Shown here: piece by piece, positions 29,351-44,588 of the stretch | How positions within the stretch are numbered: the stretch's first letter is position 1 | Layout of the letters: each line of letters opens with the position of its first letter | Assembly: GCF_009914755.1 (NCBI RefSeq) | Contig: NC_060937.1 | Direction: 5' to 3' (one strand) | DNA length: 64,000 bases | DNA from: the human T2T-CHM13v2.0 reference genome, Homo sapiens | Program-made: the position numbers and the translations under genes | The notes under the pieces: generated by a model | Databases searched by the model: none | The model's input: the letters and a program-made list of their open reading frames with translations, nothing else | Told to the model about the DNA's origin: nothing

Positions 29351-29559
29351 TGAATACAGGCAACAACAAATATTGAACATTCCTTCAATGCTACAGGACA
29401 ATTTTTTTTTACCATTGAATATTTAGCAACATATATCACTGCAAATTGTATATTTAGTTTTCTAATATTCACAAATTAGGGAAATGACTAGTAGAAAAAA
29501 ACAAGTAAAAAATCAGCAACATAATAGGAAAGGGAACTCTTCTGCTTTTTGAAAATTAA

Positions 29560-30480
29560 CATTAATAAGATGAAAGGGCAAACTGCATACTGGGAGACAA
29601 TCGGCACAATACATTTATCTCACAAAGGACTGTATCTACAATATGTAAAGAATTCTCACAATTCAATAAAAAGAATCAACCCAATTAAAATGCACAAAAC
29701 ATTTGACTAGACCCTTCACAAAGGAAGATATGTGAATGGTCGATAAACATGAAAAAATGCTTAGTCATCAGGGAAATGAAAACGTAAATCACAGTGCAAT
29801 ACCACAACACACCCAATCAAATGGCTATACGTGTGTATACATGTATGTAAATATATATATGTATATAATGCCAAATGTTGGTAAAGACAAGAGCATCTGG
29901 AACACTCATACATTGTTGGTGAGAATGCAGAATGGTTTGACCACTTTGGAAAACTATTTGGAAATCTCTTACAAAGTTTAATATACCCTTAACCTTACAA
30001 CCCAGCAATTTCTCAGATATTTACTCCAGAAAAGTGAAAACAGATGGCCTGTACTGGAATATTAATAACATATTTATTCATGTTAGCAAATAATTGGAAG
30101 CAATCCAAGTGTCCGTCAAGAAGCAAGTGGATAAATTGCGGTACATCTATACAATGGTATATTTCTCAGTGAACAAAGTCAACACTGATAAATCTCCATG
30201 TATCATCCTAAGAGGAAAAAAGGACCACGTACTATATTATTCAATTTATATGAATCTCTAGGAATGAAAAATTTATAGTGATAGAAAGTAGATCAGTATT
30301 CTTGGAATGGAGGATAGAGGAATAGAAATGGAATGGGAAGAAGCAGAAGAAAACCCTTAAGGTGATGGCAATACTTGATATCTTCATTGTGTGGCATTTA
30401 TATAGATGTGTACATTTGTCAACACTGAGTAATCCGTACACATTTTATAGCATGTAAATTATAGCTCAGTTTTTGATTTT
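29560..30480 (+). mobile_element. L1MC/ME-type 3' region
   Basis: Degenerate ORF2 3' end and 3'UTR motifs (CATCAGGGAAATGAAA, CCACTTTGGAAAACTATTTGG). Confidence 0.8.
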
Positions 30481-30500
30481 ACAAAAGAAAGAAGAAAGGG

Positions 30501-30869
<369 letters not shown>

Positions 30870-31927
30870 TTAGTTTGGACTTCAAGAGAAACTTGATCTC
30901 CAACACAAAATAAAAACTTGACCATAACTTCAAGGTAGGTATTCTGCTGAATTGATTTATCCAGGCAACCTTTTTACAGCATGGACAGACTAGGTAATTA
31001 ACTGGAATGCCTCTCCCTGCTTCTCTACTAAAAATCCGGCTCTGTTCCCAATCTTCTCATTATTGTCAGGCTTTTCTAGATCCACCCCTCCAAGCCTCAG
31101 GAACCACAAAATACTTGGTCACATGTGAAACTGTGTACAGGTTGTGGGTAAGAAAAAGGGAGCAACGGTGGGTTGGAGAAAGCGTTTACAGAACGCTTCT
31201 GTAGAGTTTCAGTTTCAGCCTTTACTTCCAGCTATTTGCTGCTGAGATATTTCTCTCGCAGCCAGAATTGATGGGAGAAAATTGCATCTGGGTAGAGGAA
31301 CACGGATCTGAGACTGGAATAATACCATTTGGTTTCTGGCCATATAAATAAGGTGAAGTCAGGTCACTGATGAATCATCAGCTCAGAAATAAATGTTCTG
31401 GCTTCAAATCTTGTCCTGAAGCCACTTGACATAGTTCCTTCTTTCTTTAGACTGCTTATGCTTCATGTGACAGTAGATGAATTTTTCTTCCCTAATAACG
31501 TGAGCCGTTTTAGCAGTATTAAAAGTACCTTTTCAGCCTTCAATTTCAGTTCAAACATCATCCTCTTAGGGTGGGCTTCTGTATCTACTTTAGCTAAAGC
31601 AGTTATCTCTCACCCTACACTCATGTCACACTCAGTCACAGTATCTTATATTATCATTTTCATTGCACTCATCAGTATCTGAAATTATCCTGCTGCATAG
31701 TTATTGTCTGTATTGTCCTACTAGAATGACATCTCCATGAAAAAGGGAACTTGTCTGTCTGTTCATAGTATCCTGAAACAGTACTTAGCTCAAGTGGGTA
31801 ATAGCTCAAGGACTATTTTGGAGTGAATTTAACTATACAATATAAGAATAAATTTTTTTAAAAAAAGTTAGGTCGAATCTACATTTAAATTCTTTCAAAC
31901 ATTTCAAACATCTCTATTCACATTCTT

Positions 31928-32610
<683 letters not shown>

Positions 32611-33311
32611 TAAGCTACTAATGAGAGCGGTATAGACAAAAGTTACTAACATGCAAATTGCTTTCTTTAAACTTTAATTTCTTTCAAAAGAATTTTAAAA
32701 TTCTTAATGCAAGATCAAAGTTTAGTCTTAGTGATGTATTTAACATTAGTTAGCTATCAAGCAGATACACACATTTGCTTTATGGATACATCAAAGAACT
32801 TCAGATAATTTTTTGCCCTTTTTTATGGTTTAGAGAGTCTTCTTTCAAAACTGTAAATAAAAGTTAACTGAAAATGTGGAAATTTTCAGGATGAAGTCAC
32901 CTAGTGAATAAAGTTGTAATGAAGAGAGGAAAAGTGGGCAAGCAAAATAGGCAACGTTTTGTCTTTCTTTGATTTATTGCTGTAAGAGAAAGAAAAGTGT
33001 AATGATGATTCCACAATTCTAAAAAACTTCATCCATTTTAAACTATTTAATGAAAAAATATTTTTAAGTAGAAGAATGTAGCATGTAGAAAAAATATAAA
33101 AAGGGGTCTCTCCATCAGAGACACTTTAGAAAGAACTCTGGATAGAATACCCCAAAAGCACTCATCTGAATAGAGCTCTGCTACTCCTCTTAGGTTCACA
33201 GTTAGATCAATGAATTCAAGTTCCAGTCTCATTGTCCCTGGCCTCCTGGGCAGCACAAAAGCTTGGTTTTAGTAACTACTTCCTTTGGAAGTAATAACAA
33301 GTAAAGCTTGT

Positions 33312-33794
33312 TGTGAAGGGTTACGTTGTGTCTCCCCGGCCCCCCAAATTATGTCCATGTACCAACCCCGGTACTTGTGAATGTGACATTTGGAAACAGG
33401 GTCTTTGCCGATATAATCAAGTTAAGGATCCCAAGACGAGACGATCCTGGATTTTGAGTAGGGCCTAAATCCAATGACTAGTGTCCTTGTAAGAGAAATG
33501 GGTGGGAGATTTGATACAGAGACACAGAGGAGAAGACTGAGAGGGAGACCATGTGAAGACAGAGGCAGAGATGAGAGTGATGCCTCTGCACACTGGAGAA
33601 TGCTGCATTGCCAGCAAGCACGGGAAGCTAGGAGAGAGGCATTGAATAGATTCTTCCTCCAAGCCTCCAGAAAAAGCAGCCCGGTAGACACCTTGATATC
33701 AGACTTCTGGCCTCCAGAAAAAACGTGAGAGAATACCTTTCTGTTGTTTTACACCACCAAGTTTGTGGTCATTCGTTATGCCAGTCCAAATACA
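33312..33794 (+). mobile_element. MLT1B/C-like LTR
   Basis: GAATGTGACATTTGGAAACAGGGTCTTTGC...CACCTTGATATCAGACTTCTGGCCTCCAGAA. Confidence 0.85.
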
Positions 33795-34245
33795 GTTGTA
33801 TATTGTTATAAATAGGCTTTCTTTTGTGGTATGGAAAAGTTTGCAGAAAAAGACGTCTTGTTACTCTGCAGACCACTGTGGGGCACTATAATCTGTATCT
33901 TTGGGAAGTAGTCTTTGAATGATCTTAATAAAAGGTTCTGTAGGCTTTGCCGCAATAGAGCTTTTATTTCAGAGAACAACAGTGACAACTCAAGACTCAG
34001 GAAAAAAAAATCTGAGCTACCTTGGGGCCCAGGGAAAATCTAGTTTCCCATTTAATAACACATAATATTCTTAGGGAAAAAAACGTTATCATTTAGTAAC
34101 CATTTCCTTTGGAAGTAAAAGTAAATTTTCTTTGAAATGATTGCTTGGCATAGCTGTTCTTTGTTCAGTGGTGCTGTGATATTTTGATTTTAATGTGCCA
34201 TATGAAAATTAAACTTCGAATGACCCATATAATAAGAGAAAGTAG

Positions 34246-34358
34246 GGCCAGGCAGAGTGGCATGTACCTGTAGTTCCCAGCTGCATGGGGAGATTGCTTG
34301 AGCCCGGGAGTTCAAGACCAGCTTGGACAACAGAGTGAGAATGTCTCTTAAAAAAAAA
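34246..34358 (+). mobile_element. Alu monomer (FLAM/FRAM-like)
   Basis: Single-arm Alu with short A tail. Confidence 0.8.
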
Positions 34359-35489
34359 GTGAAAGTAGAAGAGAAGGGAGGTTGATAGTTCATTTTCTTC
34401 AGTGTTTACAACATCCACTAAGGGCTTAGGCTATATATTAAATTTATGATACACAAAGTAAACATTTAGAAGCTATTCTGTTTAAAATGCATTTGATCTT
34501 TCAGAGCTCAGTACATAACTTTACTATTACTCAGTCATTTAAACAAGAAATTTTAGAAATATTCCTGACAGTTACTTCTCTTCACCCCCATATGTAACAA
34601 TTCTGCAACTCTCATTTAAATATCTCCTCTTAGTTCCACTGTCTTAGAAAAGGCTCATGCCATCTCATGACCAGACATTCTAACTGCTCTCCCAGCTTTA
34701 TCACCTATTTGTTCTAGTTCATCCTTCATCCACATAACTTCTAGGTTATATTTTTTCTAAAACAAATCACATCATCTGAATACAATGGTACAAAGATCTT
34801 TTGTCCTGGCACCTGCCTAGATTTCCAGTCATTTCTAACAACCCCCCAACCCTCACGCTGTGCCGGTTTGGGCAGATGTGCACAGTTGCCTACTGAACAT
34901 CTCATCTTTCCTTTTTTCTTATTCTTAGAACTCCAATTTACTTCTGGACATCATCATTCCTACCATTATGTTTATGGCGTTACTGTGAGAGTTTTACATA
35001 TATGTATATCACTTAGGACCCACCTCAAATGGTACTACTTTATAGACGCATTTCACAACTTCTCTCCTGGTGCTTCTACCAGCAGGGGGTATAACCTAAA
35101 ATGAATATTTACAATTCAGGCTTCATTCTGTGAAAAATGCTGCTTCATTCATAGGACTGTCTGGAATCTAAACCTTACCTGAAATTGTCCGTGTGTCCAC
35201 CTGATTTAGGTACTCTCCCCTTAGAAAAGTATGAAAAAATTTAACTCATAATCTGTGATGTTAAAGAAAGAAAATAATATTTAAAAAGAATTGCTTTTAT
35301 ACCAAGAAATGAACAATATATATAATTATAGTTAGTTGTATATATGTATATACACATATCTGGACATACAGTCTGTGTAGTTTGTTCATGTACATATATG
35401 AAAGCTATAAACATGCACACAAAGTGTAAATTCTATATAGATAGAACAATAATCCTAAACTAATACGAATCTCTCTTAACCTAGGATAA

Positions 35490-35632
35490 TGTCTCTCCAA
35501 CTTTAATGTTTGTAAAAATCATCTGGGGATATTGTTAAAACGCACACCAGGAAGCTGGGGTGGGGCCTGAGATTCTGAATTTCTAACAAGCTCCCAGATG
35601 TTGCCAGATACCACACTTTGAGTAGCAAGGAT
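35490..35632. mobile_element. MER5-type hAT DNA transposon
   Basis: GGGGTGGGGCCTGAGATTCTGAATTTCTAACAAGCTCCCAG...CCACACTTTGAGTAGC. Confidence 0.8.
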
Positions 35633-36944
35633 GTAGTGAAGCTTTAAGCTCATCAAATCTAAGATAAATGTCTCTATCTCAATACAGGTGGGGGTCCTCT
35701 CCTATCTCGTTTTTGGTTCTCTGTTATCTTCTCCACTGAGAATCCACCTTTGAGAGTGAACTCTTCAAAGAAAAGGACCACATTTTCTCCATCATTGGAC
35801 CCATCATGCAGCATCTAGTGCAATGCCTGGCACTTAGCAGTCATTCTTCACACTGTCTACCACTATGATAAAAAGTTACATGAGTTAAGTACCACATGGG
35901 CTACACAGACATTGTCCTAAGAAGCCAAGGAGGAAAGGAGCTTGCCAGAGGGGGCAAGTTTTATGAAAGAGGATGTCTTTGCACTGTTCCCTAATGGATA
36001 GATGGGATTTTCAACAGCAGACATTGGGAAGATGTCATTGAAGTCAGAAGAATTATATGAATAGAAAATTCAAAACATGCTCAGAGAGCAGTAAGACTTG
36101 AGACAGGAGCAATGTAAAGTATTGACATAATTTATGTACATAAGAAAAAGATTTGAACTAGAGTGGAAAAGGAAAAGAGGCAGTAGATGTAAGAAAACAA
36201 AAATCATCATGTACATCAGGCCAGCATTGGTAGGCAGAAAAGTTGAGGAAGTCTGCTCAAAGGAAGTAAGGGTTATTTGTGGAAATATCGTCTCCTATGA
36301 AGCCTTGTAGATCTTCCTTCCTGTCTCTCTTACTGGGTTGAACATCCAGTAGGATTTAGAACAGAGTAACCTCAGAAAAGGCTTAGACCCTTCAAGAAAT
36401 TAGATTTTAAACATATTTCATTATTCCATCTTGTTTCAAAGAAATTGGGCTTCTTAATCTGCAAGAAAAGACAGAGGACTAAATTCTGTCTTCAAACCCA
36501 TGAAGGTGAGACAAGAAGGGAAAATGAGTAGCAAGACCATGAGAGCAGTTTGTGTCTTGGCCGGACACTGGAGAGTGTGTGTCAGGCAACTTTTGGTATG
36601 GCCATCACCTAGTGTTGTTTGGCCAGAGAGGGACACCCAAGGAAACCACCTGGAAAAAGATCATAATTTTGTACTTGATACAATTATGGGCTTCCCATGT
36701 AGTTTTTCTTTTTTAAGCTATGTTTATTTCCTGCATAATGGGCTTCTCAGTTCTACCTGACCATGGCTTTTTCAACCCTATTGTCACCTCAACAGGAATG
36801 TTTCCACCCGGCTTATCCTAAACCTGAAGGCTCATGATGCCAAAATAAAAAAATGGATTTACCTATATGAAGATAAGAATTATCAAGACAATGAAGCAAT
36901 GGAGTGTTTCTGGTTGAGTTGAATGCTTGAGTTGAATGCCCAAG

Positions 36945-37100
36945 ATAATATAGTATAGTGATTAAGCACCTGAGTTCTACAGACAGATGGACCTCAGTTT
37001 GCAATCAAGTTCTGCCCACTATTAGTTTATGTGACCTTAATTGACATCTCCAAACCTCAGTTTTTTTAATCTGTACAATGTGTACCTACCCACAATGGAG
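36945..37100. mobile_element. MIR
   Basis: Core GTGACCTTAATTGACATCTCCAAACCTCAGTTTTTTTAATCTGTACAATG. Confidence 0.65.
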
Positions 37101-37399
37101 GCAAAGTATTCCACAGTGCCGGGCACAATAAAAATGCAATTAATGATAAAGCTTTTTTCTCTCACGCACAGACTCTCAGTGTCTCTCATGTATGGTTGTC
37201 TGCCAGTTCATTTTTGGATTGCAAGCGTTCTCAAGAAAAGCTAGGTTTGGTCTAAAATTCAATCCTTTCTTCTAGAAAATGGTCACTGGGCATACAGACA
37301 TAGCTTTATATATGACTAGGGGCTACTTACTAATGATCTATTAAGTTCATTCTAATGTTAACTAAAATTCAGTGCTTATGTATTAAAACGAGCACATTC

Positions 37400-37803
<404 letters not shown>

Positions 37804-38059
37804 TCATGCTTTCCATGAACAATCACAAATATTTGATGTGGCAGAGGTTGGCTGCCTGCTCTCTAAGCTCTTTTTCTCTTATTCTAAAACATAAAACATA
37901 TAGTCCCACTATTTTCTCCAACTTCTATTTGAATTAGATGTGGCCACATCACTAAGTCAAGCCAATGGATGTAATATATGCTACTACCAGTCCTGGCCCA
38001 AACAAACTTTCCATATGCGATCCCCCATGCTTTTTCCCTTTCCATTGACTTGATACAGA

Positions 38060-38558
38060 TGTAGAAAGCGGAAAACACAACTTCTCTCTCTGCCCACTTT
38101 AGGTTCACTGACTGTGACTAAAGCAAAGACAGATTAATAGGAGAAAAGCATGCATATTTATTTCATATACATTATCTGTGACATGGGAGCCTTCACAAGG
38201 AAAGGAAGACCCAAAGAAAAGGTTAGGCCTAAGCATTATTATACAAGGTGTGATGAAGAGAGGAGTGTTGTGAAAAATGGGGTAGGACAAAAGGGGAATG
38301 AACTAAGAGTAGTAATCTGGAGACACCTCACAAAGGCCTGTTCACTCAGATTCCTCTCAGCATCCCTCCTTTTTCAGAGATAACGTTGCTGCTTTTCTCT
38401 GGGTATGGAGAGGGCATCTCTTACATAGGGGTCTTATTATCTGCTCCAGGGGAAGGTCAGGGAGTTTTTCCTGCATATGCCACTTCTCAGATTCCTTTAG
38501 CCTAAAATATTCAATATGCCAAGGTGCCATATCTTGGGGTAGGATGTTCTGAACCCCA
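38060..38558 (-). mobile_element. ERV1 solo LTR (MER34/MER39-like)
   Basis: Reverse complement resembles 3832-4350 (CACCTTGGCATA..GAAT.TTTTA.GCT.AA...GAGAA..GGCAT.TGCAGGAA). Confidence 0.7.
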
Positions 38559-38749
38559 TTCCAGATGAGCAACACCTGGAAACCACGTGTTAAAATGACA
38601 GAGATGCAGACTGAAAGGAGCTTGTGATTCTGTGTGACTGCATGTTGGAGAGTCACCTGCTATTCGGGATCACTCATTTTTACCTTATGTAAGTGAAATA
38701 TAAAATTCTGTAATTAATGAGCCATTATACACTTTAAGATATATTTTCT

Positions 38750-39060
38750 TTTCCTTTCTTTTCTTTTTTTTTTTTTTTGAGATGGTGTTTCGCTCTTGCT
38801 GCCCAGGCTGGAGTACAGTGGCGCGACCAGTTCACTGCAACCTCCACCTCCTGGGTTCAAGAGATTCTCCTGACTCAGCCTCCCAAGTAGCTGGAATTAC
38901 AGGTGTGCACCACTACCCCTGCCTAATTTTTTTGTATTTGTAGTAGAGACGGGTTTTCGCCATGTTTGCCAGGCTGGTCTAGGACTCCTGACCTCTGGTG
39001 ATCCGCCCACCTCAGCCTCAAAAAGTGCTGGGATTACAGGCAAAAGCCACCACACCCAGC
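38750..39060 (-). mobile_element. Alu (S-type)
   Basis: Antisense Alu with degenerate TSD. Confidence 0.95.
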
Positions 39061-42000
39061 TTATGATATGTTTTCATAGCAGAATCCCTACCCTAGAAGG
39101 GTATCATAATATCAGTGCATGCCAATATTGCTTTATTCTTGCTCTAATGGCTATGGTTTTCAATTTTCTTAAATAAAACATTTTATAAAAATGTGTGCTT
39201 GTAAATGTAAATTACTGTTAAATTAGCTTTCTTTTATTAGATGAACCAGGCTAATTGTAGGCCATAAAATAATTCATATTCTAATTTGAATAGTTGCTGT
39301 TTTATTCAGAATAAGAAACAGTGTTTAGAATGCATCTAGTTTTACCAATGAAATGCTACATAGAAATTGCATGAACTTTGTTTTTTGTAAAACTTAATAG
39401 CAATATTATGAGTAAATTTCATGATACTAATTGCTCTTTAAACTACCTATAAATAGAGATGCCCTCAAACTGATGAATAGACTGCCTTTTGAAACTAAAT
39501 TTCTAATGATTAATATTCGAAAGCATCATAAGAAAAGACATGACAATTCAAAATTCCCTCTATAGGTAAGTGGTTCCTACAAGATGTAATCATTCCTGAA
39601 TTGGAAAGTAAGAGGGATGTAGATTAGAGCATTTGTAAAGTATCAGAGACATAAGAAAAGAGTACAAGGAATACAGGGAAACGCAATAGATTCTGTTAGA
39701 AGTCACCACTAATTCTTGTACTTTCACTTGTATAATCACATTGTTTGTATAAAAGCCTTTCATATTTCATAAGATTATAACTACTAGCTGTAAAACATAT
39801 TGTGCATCTCTTAAAATAGATGAAACTAAAGGGATTTTTGAGCCCTTTCATTCCAGGAATGGAACAGAGAATTGATTTCCGTATAACAGATTATTGTGGA
39901 AATAAATTATTAAATCGTCAGATGTGCTTTGCTTTTTATCTATTTGTGGCCAAGGTATTATTTATAGAAAGACTTGGTTAATCTTCAAATGTGAAAAACA
40001 TGAATAAATGTATTTTCTTATATCACACATTTTTTGTAAAACCAAAACAAGCAAAACCCTATTAACCTGTTATCCAGAGCGACAGGCTTTCAGATAATCG
40101 TTTATCAGCTGTCAGAGGCTCCAGGGTACTAAAAGGGGACATTTGCATTAGTGACAGTCGAAATGACCTCCTCAGCATCCTGTTAGTCAAATGTTTCAGC
40201 TTTTACCTGCACCAAAGATTTCCTTCAAGCACCAAGCAAGTAATAAGCCGTAATACTGCATGATTTGAATTTTGAGTCAAAACCGTTTCTTCTCTTTCTG
40301 AGAAGGTTCGAACGAAATGTTACAAGGTTTAAGCAGAGTCAGTCAGCCAAGGAATACAGGCTGAATCTGGACCATGGAAGTGTCCTGTTGACCTGCATGG
40401 TGTCATTGATTTTCTCAAGGAATTAGATATAAAAATCCAGACTGGGGCTTTTCGCAAAACACTTGAAGATCTATTACCAGTGTGCCAGCATCCTGCTTGG
40501 GGGGCCACCTGCTTTTGGTGAAGAGAAACCTCCTGTGTTCTCTTCCTGTTTATTCTCTCAAAATTTAGATCATGCCCTTGCCTGCCCAGCCCCTGATGGC
40601 ATTTCAGGTTGTAATTGCTGTGTAGGGACAGGTGGAGGTGTAGGGCAGAGGGCAGGTGATAGTGACAATAAAACAAACAGAAAAAAATTAAAAATCCACT
40701 TTTTGGATGTTCACTCTAGAGGAAAAATGAGAATTGATGGCACTAATACCACTTCAAAACAAATGTATCTTTTCTTATAACAGATTTGATCACCCAGAGC
40801 AGGTAAGTTAAAAGTCAAAGACAATAAAAAATACTCTTTTGTTTGCTATGAAACCCTACAATACCTTAAGTCTTTGTTGAGTTTTCCTTCAATGAGATGG
40901 ATAAGGAAGGCTGAGACAAAGATGTAACACCTTAATTTAGCACCGATGTGTTTATCTTTTCGTCTACCCTGCTGGTCAGGATCTTCTGTCTTGTTTAGTT
41001 AATAAGGTACAAACTGAGAAAAGCACACCTTCATCTTTATATTCGTGACTTCATAGTTTTCACAATGAAACTCTAAATTGCAAATCATAATGTAGAAATC
41101 TTAAGTAGAAAATAAGTCAAAAGATTTACAATCTCTCTAAATATTTTGTAATTCTTAATGTCTAAATAGCTGGATTTATGTTTACGTTGTTTACCTTTCA
41201 AACCATTTAAACCATCCTCTTCTTATTTCTGTTTCCATTAATGGCTTGTTAAGAGAAAACTTTAGACCAGATAAATTTAATAGACATTGAGCATTAATTG
41301 CATGTTGATCCACTTCTCTGAAGCTCAGTTTTCTCATCTGTGAAGTGAGACTAAAAATGACCTAGCTCCTAGGCTTGCTATGAAGATTTAATGTGGATGT
41401 GTATGGAGCCCTTCCTGACAAGACTTCCATAGACTAGGTACTCCATTAAAATTGTGACTTTCATGCTTACTGTTACTACCACTATTGTTGCTGTCAGTCA
41501 ATGTGGTAGTATTAGTTGATGTATTATTTTCTTCTGTCCTTCATGTTCTGTAAATGTGGGGATTCCCCAGGTTCAACTATTTGTCCATTTCTGTTTTCTG
41601 TCTACAGTGACTGGGAAATGTATTCAACTTCCCAGGCTCCCTCATGACCTCTCCCAAATAATGTTTCTACATCTCCCAAATAATATTTCCACATTCTCAG
41701 CTTCCTGCTGAATATTTCCATGCAACAAGTCTAACACCAGATTCATTACTTTCTCCATGATCCAATAAATTCCTCTTCTGGTTTGCCCTATTCTTGTTAA
41801 TCAAAAAATTATTATTTCTATTATTCTATTATCTCTATTATTATTATTTCAATCAAACCCCACATTTATTCATCTGTTTGTTCAATATGAATTAAGCCCT
41901 GACAGTTCTAGGCACCGTAATAGATGTTAAGGTTGTAAAGATGATCCTCAAGGAACCTGAAAACATAATGCAGTGATTCTCCAACTGTGTGACAGGTCAG

Positions 42001-44265
42001 AAAGCCTGTGGTGTTTTAAAAAAGACAGATACCTACACTTCATTCTAGACATAATGAATTAAAATCCTCAGAAGTAAGGCCTGGGAATCTGTGTCTCTAA
42101 AAAGCTCTTGATATTAAGCAAGGCATAGAGACATATATATTCTAAAGAAGCTAAACGGAAAAAATAACTGGTTACAAATCAATGTGGAAATAGCAATATT
42201 AGGTGTTTGTAGAAGATGCAAAAACCATAAAGAAAAACCATCTGAGCCTGCTTGGGGGCATCAAGGCAGGTGTCATAGAGGAACTACAGTATGGGATGGG
42301 TGGAGAGCAGAAAGGAAGTGAAGGAAGAGGGAATATCATATACTAAGGGATGGAAATATAAGCAAGCTGGAGTTTCCTGGAAACCAAAAGTCATTTAGTA
42401 TTACTTGTGGGTAAGAGTCAGGAACCATGGTGTGTCAAGGTGTGGGGCACAGCCCGAGAGAATGTATGCAGTGGTTAGGTAGGCCCAGTGGTGCTGGAAT
42501 TGAGACTGACTTGGTTGGAAATCCTTGCTCCATCACTTGTTAGACAATTTTAAATCTCTGTTTCTCAGTTTCTTGAGCTGTAAGAGATGTACATACCCAT
42601 AGAATTATTGGGAGGCTAAAATAACACAGGTGAAGTGCTTAGAACATGGTGTTCAATATCATGAGGTATGACTACAGCCAGGGGCAGGCAGTGTGTACAT
42701 AGTGCTAGAGCAGGTAGACTTTGGAGTTAGTCTCTGGGTGGAATCTCAGTCAATTCTTATTAACTGTAAATCTTTGGGCGGGTCTCTTTATTTTTAATAT
42801 CTCACTCCCCATACCTTATTTATGTCTATTCACACATTTCATCTTCCTATATCCAGATATCACCATTGAATTCAACAAGTATTTACTAAGCTCTTCCTAT
42901 AGGCAAGAAGACATATCATTCCCCCCATGGCTTCTTGTGTATGCATAAAGGCAAACTCATTAAAAATTGCCATTTAAACATCTCCTAACATTTGCCCTAA
43001 ATGTTCTTCCCAATCTTCTCTCCCATCTCTCCTTTATATTTTCTACCGTAAGAAAATCCTGCTCTGTGTTTTGACACCTTTGGGTCTTTGCTCATTACAA
43101 TCTCCTACCCCAGTAATATCCTCCCTTGGGATGGCTTTTGTAACCCTACCTATGTGTCCTTCAAAACCCAGCTAAATGCTAGATCCTCCATGAAGCCTTC
43201 CCAAGTCAGTCAAACTGTAATTGAACTTAAACCTCTATAAAAATGTTTGAAGCTACATTAAGGCATTTATCACTTACTGCTTTCATGAGAGTTATTTGCA
43301 TATATGCTTATCATTCCATAAGCTCCTTGAGAACAGAGCCTGTATCTAATTCATCTTGCACCCCCTTCACGGTATGCATAAACTGATTTACTCATTGATA
43401 GTACTCAAGGGTGGCCCTTTTGTAGAGGAACGTTATAATTAAATTCTGAGGTTTTCTGCAGCTGACTGGAATTCTTTGCTGTATTTCACTCTTTTCTCTG
43501 ATCCTTACTGTCTTCTCTTACTCATTACTGTAATATATTTTAAAACCAAATCTTTATAGTTTTCAGAGAAAAGGTACTATTTAGAGACCTCCTAATTAAA
43601 TATGTATTATTTTGAATTTTTACAGAAGAAAGGTCATTGAGAGAGTATTGTTACTATTATATATGTGGTAGGAGGCAGTTATAAACAGTAATAGCAACAA
43701 AATATGAAAGCAAGCAAAATTATGAAAGCAACTCTAAACAAGAGGTAATTATAGAAACCAAGGGATTTAAAAGCTTCAGGTTCTGACTTTTTGCAGGGAG
43801 TTTGATACAAAGGGCATATTACAACTGACAGAGAACAATGTGTAAATCTGAAGGAATATGATTTTAGATAATCTAAAAGTAAATTTTTCTTTTAATCCCA
43901 GAGACAGCAATATAGTTACTCAAATTCCAACAAAATGAAAAAGTAACATAGAGTGTGTAGCAGCAATTTAAGCAGATAAAAGTTGTTTTGGTATAGTGCC
44001 TAGGTTGCTGGACAGAAATATTGTTGAAAATGATCATAGATTCATTATAGAATTATATATTCATCATTTTTATATATCATTATACAAATGATCATATATT
44101 CATTATAGACATATATTCATTATTCAATCATTCATTATAGATTCAGTGATTTCTTACTCTGGAAATCCAATAGCAATGATACTGGAATCCCAGATTTCTT
44201 TATCATATATATAAGCAAATATGGGACTCAAGCTAACTTAACTGCATTAGAGATTCTGCAGGTTA

Positions 44266-44588
<323 letters not shown>

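Noticed and set aside
35079-35958. CTCF-like strings CCAGCAGGGGGT and CCAGAGGGGGCA
   Set aside because: Each misses or shifts a key core position; too weak without data
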